Shown: positions 38,771 through 51,369, counted from the first letter of the stretch. The stretch is 64,000 nucleotides of DNA from Eledone cirrhosa (GCA_964016885.1 OZ024752.1:38192001-38256000); one strand, 5' to 3'. Notes: generated from the letters alone by a model not told the origin. Translations and numbers: made by a program.

Positions 38771-39605
38771 ATTTAGTCCTTCATCAGTGATCTTCCAACC
38801 TTCATTGGTATTTCATCGCTTTAAAGACCATATATCTCCGGTTGGTGCGAGCAACGGCTAAAGAAAGTCGTTGGGGCACGTAAATAGGGGGAACGAGGGA
38901 GACAGTAAACAATCAAAGATAGTAATGCAACGAAAAGTGAGGAAGAAGGAGTCAAGTCCCTGAAATCGATGAACATAAGTTCTGTGAAATCGTGGACGAG
39001 AGAGAATAAAGACCATCAAACCTGGTCGAAATGTGAGTAAGGAAAGAATTTCGCACAGGTCAAACGGGAGGAAGAAGGAATCAAGTCCCTGAAATCGATG
39101 AACATAAGTTCTGTGAAATCGTAGACGAGAGAGAATAAAGACCATACGACCTGGTCGAAGTGTGCGTGAGGAAAGAATCTCGCGCAGGTCAAACGGGAGG
39201 AAGTAGGAGAGGGAGTAGCAGAGAGTGAGTGAGTGAAAGTGTGAGGAAGAGGCTAACAGAGAGAGTGACTGTTAGAGGGGGTAAAAGGAAGTGAGAGATA
39301 CAGAGAAAAGGGGAAGCAGTAAGAAAGAAACAAACGGGTCACAGCGGAGGAAAATGTATATGAAAAATATGAAAACATGGCGTGCTGCGTGGTTGCAAAT
39401 GGGTTACATATGAATAAATTTAGTCCTTCATCAGTGATCTTGCAACCTTCCTTTACCATCTTTGATTGTTTACTGTCTCGCTCGTTCCCCTTATTTACGT
39501 GTCCCAACGACTTTCTTTAGCCGTTGCTCGCACCAACCGGAGGTATACGGTCTTTAAAGCTATGAAATACCAATGAAGGTTGGAAGATCACTGATGAAGG
39601 ACTAT
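38771..39605. repeat. Foldback with ~155-bp inverted arms and an internal ~129-bp tandem duplication (38941-39200)
   Basis: 38771-38925 is the reverse complement of 39452-39605; the arms carry CTGATGAAGGACT pointing outward into (TA)n. Confidence 0.85.
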
Positions 39606-39713
39606 ATATATATATAAATATATATGCAAAAGTTCTATTTAAAATTGTTGGGATACAACAAGTAAATATTTTATAACTGGTATAAAGCATTCGACAAGTT
39701 TTTGGAGTAGATA

Positions 39714-40347
39714 CACGATATTAAATAAATGGAAACTATATTTATAAAACCATATTTATTTCATTATACTTATCTCAGGGATACCAAATTAAAATATGGT
39801 ATGCCTTCATCAGACAAAATACAATATATAAACAGTTTATTAAATGCAACCATTATTTTTGGAAGCTGTCTGGATAGTGAGATTTTTATAATTATTTTAT
39901 TAGTTATAGTGTTAAGCACAGTTAGAAAAAGACGGAGAGAAAGAAAAAAACCGAGAGAGAGAAGGAGAGAGAAAAATTTCCTCCTATCTATTTATATCTT
40001 TCTTTTCTACATACATTTCTCTCTCTCCGATATTTCTCCAGGTTTTCTTTTTCTCTCTCTCCTTCTTTTTCTCTCTCCTTCTCTCTCTCCGTTTTTTCTT
40101 TCTCTCCGTCTTTTTCTAACTGTGCTTAACACTATAACTAATAAAATAATTATAAACATCTCACTATCCAGACAGCGTCCAAAAATAATGGTTGCATTTA
40201 ATAGGGTACGTCAAAATTATTTATAAAACTGTTTATATATTGTATTTTGTCTGATGAAGGCATACCATATTTTAATTTGGTATCCCTGAAATATGTATAA
40301 TGAAATAAATATGGTTTTATAAATATAGTTTCCATTTATTTAATATC

Positions 40348-40349
<2 letters not shown>
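39714..40349. repeat. Foldback palindrome, arms about 260 bp, ending at (TA)n
   Basis: 39714-39975 is the reverse complement of about 40070-40349, apart from a ~23-nt insertion at 40203-40225. Confidence 0.92.
40243..40307 (+). ncRNA. Type I hammerhead ribozyme motif (family B); mirror copy 39757-39819 (-) has GAAA changed to GAGA
   Basis: tattttgt-CTGATGA-aggcatacc/ggtatccct-GAAA-tatgta-TA^atgaaata. Confidence 0.72.
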
Positions 40350-40396
<47 letters not shown>

Positions 40397-40813
40397 ATAC
40401 AATAACAGAGATAGTTTAAAACTAAACTCTGACTGGTAACCATCTCACTCAACAAACATTAGGTTATATTTAAATATAAACCCAATTTTAGTGTTTGGGG
40501 TGCTAACAATATGTATAATGTGGAAAAACCAGTTGTATTATTTTATGAGATATAATTAAAGTTAAATATTAAAGTATATCTCTTATATATATATATATTT
40601 ATTTATTTTGTTTGACCTGTTTAGCTTGATTTGTTTTTTTTTTGGCTTAGGTGGTTAATGCCTTTTTAACCACTTTTTCAGTTTGTATGGCGTTTTAACA
40701 TATTGTTTAGCTCTAGTTTTTTTTTTTAACTATTGAGCGCTTGCCAGCATTTCTACGATTTTGCGTTTCGTTTCGCTTTTTCTACCAGCCGAAATACGAT
40801 TCTCGCTGAATTA

Positions 40814-40863
<50 letters not shown>

Positions 40864-41094
40864 CAGTAATGTCAGGACACTCTCGAGTGCTACTGGAAAC
40901 ATGTTACCCAGTACAACCTGTCTCATGGTCGAGTCGTCGGCGACTTAACTGGCAAGCTTGCTTGGTGAGGAGGGTGGTATTTGGACACCCTAAGGGACAA
41001 GACACGGCAAGGGGCGGAGCAACTCAGCAGAGTCAATAGCCATCCAAATAGTATTTATTTATTTATATTTTCTAGTATATATATATTTCTTAGA

Positions 41095-41131
<37 letters not shown>

Positions 41132-41322
41132 AGGGCTGTCATATTTTCCGTGGCAACACATTTGCATCGAAAATATGTGTCGTCAGTTCCAAAAAATGTG
41201 GTTGGTCCTACACAAGCCTTCGCCACTTAAAACAAAACTTTGGGTGGGTAGTTCAACATCAGTTCACTTTCTCACATTTAACTTTTGCTGGATATCGACG
41301 GGAAAGTCCATCATATAATCAG

Positions 41323-41368
41323 TGTCTGTGTCTCTGTCTGTGTGTGTGTGTGTGTGAGTGTCTCTGTC

Positions 41369-41406
<38 letters not shown>

Positions 41407-41497
41407 TGTGTGTGTGTGTGTGTGTGTCTGTGCGTGCGTGTGTGTGTGTGTGTGTGCGTGTGTGTCTGTGTGTGCGTATGTGCGCGTGTGTGTGTGA

Positions 41498-41530
<33 letters not shown>

Positions 41531-41614
41531 AGTGTCTGTCTGTGTGTGTGTGAGTGTATATGTGTGTGTGTGTGTGTCTGTCTGTGTGTGTGTGTGCGTG
41601 TGTGAGTGTCTGTC

Positions 41615-41658
<44 letters not shown>

Positions 41659-41665
41659 TTGGTGC

Positions 41666-41708
<43 letters not shown>
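41323..41708. repeat. Compound (TG)n/(TA)n microsatellite; similar tracts at 17058, 36602, 37930, 38646 (CT)n, 57225-57595, 58753-58865, 61318-61582, 61848 (TAG)n, 63002
   Basis: Directly visible. Confidence 0.95.
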
Positions 41709-41711
<3 letters not shown>

Positions 41712-43210
41712 CAAGTTACTTACACACGATACTACATAATTGTTTCTACGTTTGGCACAAGGCCAGCAATTATCCCAAGTGTATTACTGGTACTTTATTT
41801 TATCGACCCCGTAAGGATGAAAGGCAAAGTTAACCTCGGCAGGATTTGAACTCAGACCAAAAAGGGCCGTAACTCTTTGCTGCAAAACATGGCGTCCGAC
41901 CCTCTACCGTTACACACGATACTAAATAATGGTTTCTTATATAGGCACAAGGCCAGTAATTTTGGGGGAAAGTCGATTAAATCGACCCCAGTGCGTGACT
42001 GGTACTTTATTTTATCGACCCTATAAGGATGAAAGGCAAAGTTAACCTCGGCGGGATTTGAGCTCAGACCATAAAGGGCCTTTGCTGCAAAACATGGCGT
42101 CCGACCCTCTACCGTTACACACGATACTAAATAATAACAATTCAACTGTTATTTGAGGACAGCTGCATTGAGTGCAGTATCACATACATAAAACATGATC
42201 AGAAATATAATTGTTTCTACGTTAGGCACAAGGCCAGCAATTATCTCAGCGTATTACTGGTACTTTATTTTGTCGACCCCGTAAGGATGAAAGGCAAAGT
42301 TAACCTCGGCAGGATTTGATCATAAAGGGCCGTAACTCAATGCTGCAAAGCATGACGCCCGACACTCTACCGATACTGCCAATCCACAGAAATATAATTG
42401 TTTCTACGTTAGGCACAAGGCCAGCAATTATCCAGTACATTACTGGAACTTTATTTTATCGACCCCGTAAGGATGAAAGGCAAAGTTAACCTCGGCCGGA
42501 TTTGAACTCAGAATGGCAAGGGCCGTAACTCTATGCGTCAAAGCATGGCGTCCGATCCTCTACCAATACTGCCAATCCACCATAATAGTGTTTGTTTTTA
42601 TATGACGGTGGAACTAAAGCATTTGATCTAAGTTTAGATTTCCAAGATTTAAACATTTTGTCCTTGGCAGGCCACTGTGTCAAGCCTTGTAAGTAGCTTA
42701 GAGTTGTGGAACTTAGTGGTGATGGTGGGGGAGGGCATGAAGACAAGCTGTTATAAAGAAAATGAGAAATCTCAATTTATAACTTTTATTTTGGTTAAAC
42801 ATACAGAAAAAGAGAGCAATATTGGATAGGAGTATAAATGCCATAAATGAGAGGAAAAGGAGAGGAAGAGCAAGGGAAGAAAGAAAAGGTGAGGTGAGAG
42901 GGTGACAGACCCTACACCTAAGTCAGAGCAGTGTTTCGGCTGCGTCCCGCTGCAGACAAAATGGCAAAGGTATTTCTACAGACAATGGCCACTGACACAC
43001 GCTGCAAAAGCTATCCCACCTCGCAGGGTTCCTTCCTCAGACTGGCTGCTGCCAATCCGATGACACCTGAAGTCTCGACCGGAAACGACCGGAAAAGACC
43101 CGATATTTGCTTGTCTTCCTGTCTTCTGCATTGCGAGCCGTGTACCAGGGTTTGTGGTCGAGACGACTAAGTTTGAGGCAGAGAACATGAAGCGAAGCGA
43201 AGTTAGTAAG

Positions 43211-46200
43211 TGTTATTAGAGGTAAAATAACACGACAAAATAAATGGTTTCGTTTAAATATAAAATTTACTTCACTTCAGTTAATAAAGGAACAAAGAAT
43301 AAGATTACTACAAATCATAAAGGTTGGCGATGTTATTTCGTTATATTGAAATAGAGAGTGACTGGATATCGTTTATTAGTAATTGCAGCAAGGTAGTAGT
43401 CAAAGCTCAGTGACAAGAGTAGGTGAGAGTCTGTAAGACCAAGAGAGAGAGAGTAAAGGTCTATAGACTCCAAGGGTCTGTAAAAAGCAAATGTTTTATA
43501 TCATTACTCGAACTGCTTCGAACCGCCTTTGCTTGGTCTAAGACAGGCTATTTATATCTGTCGCTTCCTCTGTCCCCTACCTCGAGAACCACCGGGGATG
43601 ACCTCGAGAAATCTCCCACGCATAGACTTGTTTACACCAAAAAGGCGGTAACCCAGAATTTGACCGTTAAATATCACCCAGGGGTCAAGGCGTGGACAGA
43701 TTTCGCTACAAATGTGCCACTGCATGTCGCGTTTCAGATGAGGCATTTAAATGTCACCTAGGGGTCAAAGTGTGGGCAGATTTCGCTACAAATGTGCCAC
43801 TGCATAGCGCGTTTCAGATGAGGCATTTAAATGTCACCTAGGGATCAAAGTGTGGACAGATTTCGCTACAAATGTGCCACTGCATGTCGCGTTTCAGATG
43901 AAGCATTTAAATGTCACCTAGGGGTCAAAGTGTGGACAGATTTCGCTACAAATGTGCCACTGCATGTCGTCTTTCAGATGAGGCATTTAAATGTCACCTA
44001 GGGGTCAAAGTGTGGACAGATTTCGCTAAAAATCTGCCACTGCATGTCGCGTTTCAGATGAGGCATTTAAATGTCACCTAGGGGTCAAAGTGTGGACAGA
44101 TTTCGCTACAAATGTGCCACTGCATGTCGCGTTTCAGATGAGGCATTTAAATGTCACCCAGGGGTCAAAGTGTGGACAGATTTCGCTACAAATGTGCCAC
44201 AGCATGTCGCGTTTCAGATGAGGCATTTAAATGTCACCTAGGGGTCAAAGTGTGGACAGATTTCGCTACAAATGTGCCACTGCATAGCGCGTTTCAGATG
44301 AGGCATTTAAATGTCACCTAGGGATCAAAGTGTGGACAGATTTCGCTACAAATGTGCTACTGTATGTCGCGTTTCAGATGAGGCATTTAAATGTCAGCCA
44401 GGGGTCAAGGCGTGGACAGATTTCGCTACAAATGTGCCACTGCATGTCGCGTTTCAGATGAGGCATTTAAATGTCACCTAGGGGTCAAAGTGTGGACAGA
44501 TTTCGCTACAAATGTGCCACTGCATAGCGCGTTTCAGATGAGGCATTTAAATGTCACCTAGGGATCAAAGTGTGGACAGATTTCGCTACAAATGTGCCAC
44601 TGCATGTCGCGTTTCAGATGAAGCATTTAAATGTCACCTAGGGGTCAAAGTGTGGACAGATTTCGCTACAAATGTGCCACTGCATGTCGTGTTTCAGATG
44701 AGGCATTTAAATGTCACTTAGGGGTTAAAGTGTGGACAGATTTCGCTACAAATGTGCCACTGCATGTCGCGTTTCAGATGAGGCATTTAAATGTCACTTA
44801 GGGGTTAAAGTGTGGACAGATTTCGCTACAAATGTGCCACTGCATGTCGCGTTTCAGATGAGGCATTAAAATGTCACCTAGGGGTCAAAGTGTGGTCAGA
44901 TTTCGCTACAAATGTGCCACTGCATGTCGCGTTTCAGATGAGGCATTTAAATGTCACCCAGGGGTCAAGGTGTGGACAGATTTCGCTACAAATGTGCCAC
45001 AGCATGTCGTGTTTCAGATGAGGCATTTAAATGTCACCTAGGGGTCAAAGTGTGGACAGATTTCGCTACAAATGTGCCACACATGTCGCGTTTCAGATGC
45101 GGCATTTAAATGTCACCTAGGGGTCAAAGTGTGGACAGATTTCGCTACAAATGTGCCACTGCATGTCGCGTTTCAGATGAGGCATTTAAATGTCACCTAG
45201 GGGTCAAAGTGTGGACAGATTTCGCTACAAATGTGCCACTGCATGTCGCGTTTCAGCTGAGGCATTTAAATGACACCCAGGGGTCAAAGTGTGGACAGAT
45301 TTCGCTACAAATGTGCCACTGCATGTCGCGTTTCAGCTGAGGCATTTAAATGTCACCCAGGGGTCAAGGTGTGGACAGATTTCGCTACAAATGTGCTACT
45401 GTATGTCGCGTTTCAGATGAGGCATTTAAATGTCACCTAGGGGTCAAAGTGTGGACAGATTTCGCTACAAATGTGCCACTGCATAGCGCGTTTCAGATGA
45501 GGCATTTAAATGTCACCTCGGGATCAAAGTGTGGACAGATTTCGCTACAAATGTGCCACTGCATGTCGCGTTTCAGATGAAGCATTTAAATGTCACCTAG
45601 GGGTCAAAGTGTGGACAGATTTCGCTACAAATGTGCCACTGCATGTCGCGTTTCAGATGAGGCATTTAAATGTCACCTAGGGGTCAAAGTGTGGACAGAT
45701 TTCGCTACAAATGTGCCACACATGTCGCGTTTCAGCTGAGGCATTTAAATGTCACCCAGGGGTCAAAGTGTGGACAGATTTCGCTACAAATGTGCCACTG
45801 CATGTCGCGTTTCAGCTGAGGCATTTAAATGTCACCCAGGGGTCAAGGTGCGGACAGATTTCGCTACAAATGTGCTACTGTATGTCGCGTTTCAGATGAG
45901 GCATTTAAATGTCACCTAGGGGTCAAAGTGTGGACAAATTTCGCTACAAATGTGCCACTGCATGGCGCGTTTCAGATGAGGCATTTAAATGTCACCTAGG
46001 GGTCAAAGTGTGGACAGATTTCGCTACAAATGTGCCACTGCATGTCGCGTTTCAGATGAGGCATTTAAATGTCACCTAGGGGTCAAAGTGTGGGCAGATT
46101 TCGCTACAAATGTGCCACTGCATAGCGCGTTTCAGATGAGGCATTTAAATGTCACCTAGGGATCAAAGTGTGGACAGATTTCGCTACAAATGTGCCACTG

Positions 46201-49200
46201 CATGTCGCGTTTCAGATGAAGCATTTAAATGTCACCTAGGGGGCAAAGTGTGGACAGATTTCGCTACAAATGTGCTACTGCATGTCGTGTTTCAGATGAG
46301 GCATTTAAATGTCACCTAGGGGTCAAAGTGTGGACAGATTTCGCTACAAATGTGCCACTGCATGTCGCGTTTCAGATGAGGCATTTAAATGACACCCAGG
46401 GGTCAAAGTGTGGACAGATTTCGCTACAAATGTGCCACTGCATGTCGCGTTTCAGATGAGGCATTTAAATGTCACCCAGGGGTCAAGGTGTGGACAGATT
46501 TCGCTACAAATGTGCCACAGCATGTCGTGTTTCAGATGAGGCATTTAAATGTCACCTAGGGGTCAAAGTGTGGACAGATTTCGCTACAAATGTGCCACAC
46601 ATGTCGCGTTTCAGCTGAGGCATTTAAATGTCACCCAGGGGTCAAAGTGTGGACAGATTTCGCTACAAATGTGCCACTGCACGTCGCGTTTCAGCTGAGG
46701 CATTTAAATGTCACCCAGGGGTCAAGGTGCGGACAGATTTCGCTACAAATGTGCTACTGTATGTCGCATTTCAGATGAGGCATTTAAATGTCACCTAGGG
46801 GTCAAAGTGTGGACAAATTTCGCTACAAATGTGCCACTGCATGGCGCGTTTCAGATGAGGCATTTAAATGTCACCTAGGGGTCAAAGTGTGGACAGATTT
46901 CGCTACAAATGTGCCACTGCATGTCGCGTTTCAGATGAGGCATTTAAATGTCACCTAGGGGTCAAAGTGTGGGCAGATTTCGCTACAAATGTGCCACTGC
47001 ATAGCGCGTTTCAGATGAGGCATTTAAATGTCACCTAGGGATCAAAGTGTGGACAGATTTCGCTACAAATGTGCCACTGCATGTCGCGTTTCAGATGAAG
47101 CATTTAAATGTCACCTAGGGGTCAAAGTGTGGACAGATTTCGCTACAAATGTGCTACTGCATGTCGTGTTTCAGATGAGGCATTTAAATGTCACCTAGGG
47201 GTCAAAGTGTGGACAGATTTCGCTACAAATGTGCCACTGCATGTCGCGTTTCAGCTGAGGCATTTAAATGACACCCAGGGGTCAAAGTGTGGACAGATTT
47301 CGCTACAAATGTGCCACTGCATGTCGCGTTTCAGCTGAGGCATTTAAATGTCACTTAGGGGTTAAAGTGTGGACAGATTTCGCTACAAATGTGCCACTGC
47401 ATGTCGCGTTTCAGATGAGGCATTAAAATGTCACCTAGGGGTCAAAGTGTGGTCAGATTTCGCTACAAATGTGCCACTGCATGTCGCGTTTCAGATGAGG
47501 CATTTAAATGTCACCCAGGGGTCAAGGTGTGGACAGATTTCGCTACAAATGTGCCACAGCATGTCGTGTTTCAGATGAGGCATTTAAATGTCACCTAGGG
47601 GTCAAAGTGTGGACAGATTTCGCTACAAATGTGCCACACATGTCGCGTTTCAGATGCGGCATTTAAATGTCACCTAGGGGTCAAAGTGTGGACAGATTTC
47701 GCTACAAATGTGCCACTGCATGTCGCGTTTCAGATGAGGCATTTAAATGTCACCTAGGGGTCAAAGTGTGGACAGATTTCGCTACAAATGTGCCACTGCA
47801 TGGCGCGTTTCAGCTGAGGCATTTAAATGACACCCAGGGGTCAAAGTGTGGACAGATTTCGCTACAAATGTGCCACTGCATGTCGCGTTTCAGCTGAGGC
47901 ATTTAAATGTCACCCAGGGGTCAAGGTGTGGACAGATTTCGCTACAAATGTGCTACTGTATGTCGCGTTTCAGATGAGGCATTTAAATGTCACCTAGGGG
48001 TCAAAGTGTGGACAGATTTCGCTACAAATGTGCCACTGCATGTCGCGTTTCAGATGAGGCATTTAAATGTCACCTAGGGATCAAAGTGTGGACAGATTTC
48101 GCTACAAATGTGCCACTGCATGTTGCGTTTCAGATGAAGCATTTAAATGTCACCTAGGGGTCAAAGTGTGGACAGATTTCGCTACAAATGTGCCACTGCA
48201 TGTCGCATTTCAGATGAGGCATTTAAATGTCACCCAGGGGTCAAGGTGTGGACAGATTTCGCTACAAATGTGCCACAGCATGTCGTGTTTCAGCTGAGGC
48301 ATTTAAATGTCACCCAGGGGTCAAGGTGCGGACAGATTTCGCTACAAATGTGCTACTGTATGTCGCGTTTCAGATGAGGCATTTAAATGTCACCTAGGGG
48401 TCAAAGTGTGGACAGATTTCGCTACAAATGTGCCACTGCATGTCGTGTTTCAGATGAAGCATTTAAATGTCACCTAGGGGTCAAAGTGTGGACAGATTTC
48501 GCTACAAATGTGCCACTGCATGGCGCGTTTCAGATGAGGCATTTAAATGTCACCTAGGGGTCAAAGTGTGGACAGATTTCGCTACAAATGTGCCACTGCA
48601 TGGAGCGTTTCAGATGAGGCATTTAAATGTCACCTAGGGGTCAAAGTGTGGTCAGATTTCGCTACAAATGTGCCACTGCATGTCGCGTTTCAGATGAGGC
48701 ATTTAAATGTCACCCAGGGGTCAAGGTGTGGACAGATTTCGCTACAAATGTGCCACAGCATGTCGCGTTTCAGATGAGGCATTTAAATGTCACCTAGGGG
48801 TCAAAGTGTGGACAGATTTCGCTACAAATGTGCCACACATGTCGCGTTTCAGCTGAGGCATTTAAATGTCACCCAGGGGTCAAAGTGTGGACAGATTTCG
48901 CTACAAATGTGCCACTGCATGTCGCGTTTCAGCTGAGGAATTTAAATGTCACCCAGGGGTCAAGGTGCGGACAGATTTCGCTACAAATGTGCTACTGTAT
49001 GTCGCGTTTCAGATGAGGCATTTAAATGTCACCTAGGGGTCAAAGTGTGGACAAATCTCGCTACAAATGTGCCACTGCATGGCGCGTTTCAGATGAGGCA
49101 TTTAAATGTCACCTAGGGGTCAAAGTGTGGACAGATTTCGCTACAAATGTGCCACTGCATGTCGCGTTTCAGATGAGGCATTTAAATGTCACCTAGGGGT

Positions 49201-50109
49201 CAAAGTGTGGACAGATTTCGCTACAAATGTGCCACTGCATGTCGCGTTTCAGCTGAGGCATTTAAATGTCACCCAGGGGTCAAGGTGTGGACAGATTTCG
49301 CTACAAATATGCTACTGTATGTCGCGTTTCAGATGAGGCATTTAAATGTCACCTAGGGGTCAAAGTGTGGACAGATTTCGCTACAAATGTGCCACTGCAT
49401 GTCGCGTTTCAGATGAGGCATTTAAATGTCACCCAGGGGTCAAAGTGTGGACAGATTTCGCTACAAATGTGCCACTGCATGTCGCGTTTCAGCTGAGGCA
49501 TTTAAATGTCACCCAGGGGTCAAGGTGTGGACAGATTTCGCTACAAATGTTCTACTGTATGTCGCGTTTCAGATGAGGCATTTAAATGTCACCTAGGGGT
49601 CAAAGTGTGGACAAATTTCGCTACAAATGTGCCACTGCATGGCGCGTTTCAGATGAGGCATTTAAATGTCACCTAGGGGTCAAAGTGTGGACAGATTTCG
49701 CTACAAATGTGCCACTGCATGTCGCGTTTCAGATGAGGCATTTAAATGTCACCTAGGGGTCAAAGTGTGGACAGATTTCGCTACAAATGTGCCACTGCAT
49801 GTCGCGTTTCAGATGAGGCATTAAAATCTCACCTAGGGGTCAAAGTGTCGACAGATTTCGCTACAAATGTGCCACTGCATGGCGCGTTTCAGATGAGGCA
49901 TTTAAATGTCACCTAGGGGTCAAAGTATGGACAGATTTCGCTACAAATGTGCCACTGCATGTCGCGTTTCAGATGAGGCATTTAAATGTCACCTAGGGGT
50001 CAAAGTGTGGACAGATTTCGCTACAAATGTGCCACTGCATGGCGCGTTTCAGATGAGAGATTTACCTCCTTCGAAATCTGTAGTAGGATTTCCAGCAGAT
50101 ATGAAGACA
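43211..50109 (-). mobile_element. Putative solo LTR containing the 80-bp satellite
   Basis: TG..CA termini flanked by TAAG at 43207-43210 and 50110-50113; on minus strand a TATA box (about 43549-43558) followed by AATAAA (about 43372-43378). Confidence 0.5.
43670..50057. repeat. 80-bp satellite, about 80 copies
   Basis: Unit AAATGTCACCTAGGGGTCAAAGTGTGGACAGATTTCGCTACAAATGTGCCACTGCATGTCGCGTTTCAGATGAGGCATTT, with recurring 79-bp variants. Confidence 0.97.
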
Positions 50110-50134
50110 TAAGCGAGTGATTTCATCAAGGAGA

Positions 50135-50222
50135 TGACGTGAAACTGCGAAGAAAAAAGAAAAAAAGCCACAGGATCATTTCGTCATTGAAGTTGTACAT
50201 GATGCGTCACTCGATGACGTCA
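50135..50222 (+). promoter_or_regulatory. Cluster of CRE/ATF motifs upstream of KLHL10-like
   Basis: TGACGTCA 50215-50222, TGCGTCA 50203-50209, CGTCA 50182-50186, TGACGTGA 50135-50142. Confidence 0.55.
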
Positions 50223-50420
50223 CTCGCAATGGCGAGATCATTATTGTTTCGTTCTTTTTTTTTATATTTTCGCTCTCGGCAAGAACATTAAAACTGTAAA
50301 AACAACAACAAAAACAAATATAATAAACATAATCAAGAAAATGTACGATAGAAATTCTCTTTCGTCAGAAAGGAAAGTTTTCTTTGAAGAAGTATTATTA
50401 TTATTTACGAACCTTTACGA

Positions 50421-51369
50421 ATGGAAGGAGTAGTACTGAAAGACAAAACATATAGTATTTATCACAATGGAACGACTGAAGTCTGTCATGTCTTAATGGA
50501 ACTGCGTAGCGCCGGAGAACTATGTGATGCTGAAATTTGGGTAGGAAACACATCTTTCCCAATTCATCGTGTGATTTTATCATCCAGTAGTACCTATTTC
50601 AGGGTACTTTTCACCAACGAGAGATTTCAAGGTAATCGTCAGAAAGTGATTGTTCCCAACATCGGCATCAATACAATGAGTTCAATTCTAGAGTTTGCAT
50701 ACACACAAGAGTGTTGTATTAACCACCATAATGTCGAAGATCTTCTAATAGCTGCCGATTATTTCAATATGATTCGTCTTTTGCAATGTTGCTGTGAATT
50801 TCTCACGACTCGACTAACTGCAGAAAACTGTATCGGAGTTAAGAGACTTGCTCAAATATATTCATGTCAGGAATTAGAATTTGCGGCTCACAGATATATC
50901 CTGCAAAACTTCTCAGTTGTATATAGACAATCGGATGAGTTCCAGCGCCTGGATATTGATGATATCAGCAATATTCTTTCTTCAGACTATCTCAATGTAA
51001 AATCGGAAGAAATAGTTTTTGATGGGATTGTTGATTGGATCAATTACGATTCGAACTCCAGAAAACATCATTTGAACCGACTTTTGCAAAATGTACGCTT
51101 TGAACTAACGCCTGCTTGTTTCATTGAACGAGTTCAGAGATATTGCTGTTTATGTAGCGAAGACTATTCCGATAATTTATCTCGTATTCCAGTACCATTT
51201 TCCCCCATGGAAGCTCTCAACAGATCACATTTAAGTTTACCAACTGCAAGAATTCCAAATCAAATTTTGTTTGTCATAGGTGGCTGGAGTGGTGGAAGTC
51301 CGACTGGAATCATAGAAACGTACGATATAAGGGCGGATTGTTGGATTGAATGTCCAGCTGTAAATTCAG
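50421..51369 (+). CDS. KLHL10: Kelch-like protein (KLHL10-like) exon 1: BTB + BACK + start of Kelch repeats
   Basis: LMELRSAGELCD..FPIHRVILSSSSTYFRVLFT (BTB); 'LFVIGGWSGGSPTGIIETYDIRADCW' resembles KLHL10; donor cag|gttcgt, phase 1. Orthology is by recall only. Confidence 0.85.

Noticed and set aside
43670-50057. CRISPR array or a tandem family of small 76-aa genes
   Set aside because: Contiguous near-identical units with no unique spacers and no cas genes, in a eukaryotic context; the ORFs are by-products of the 80-bp period
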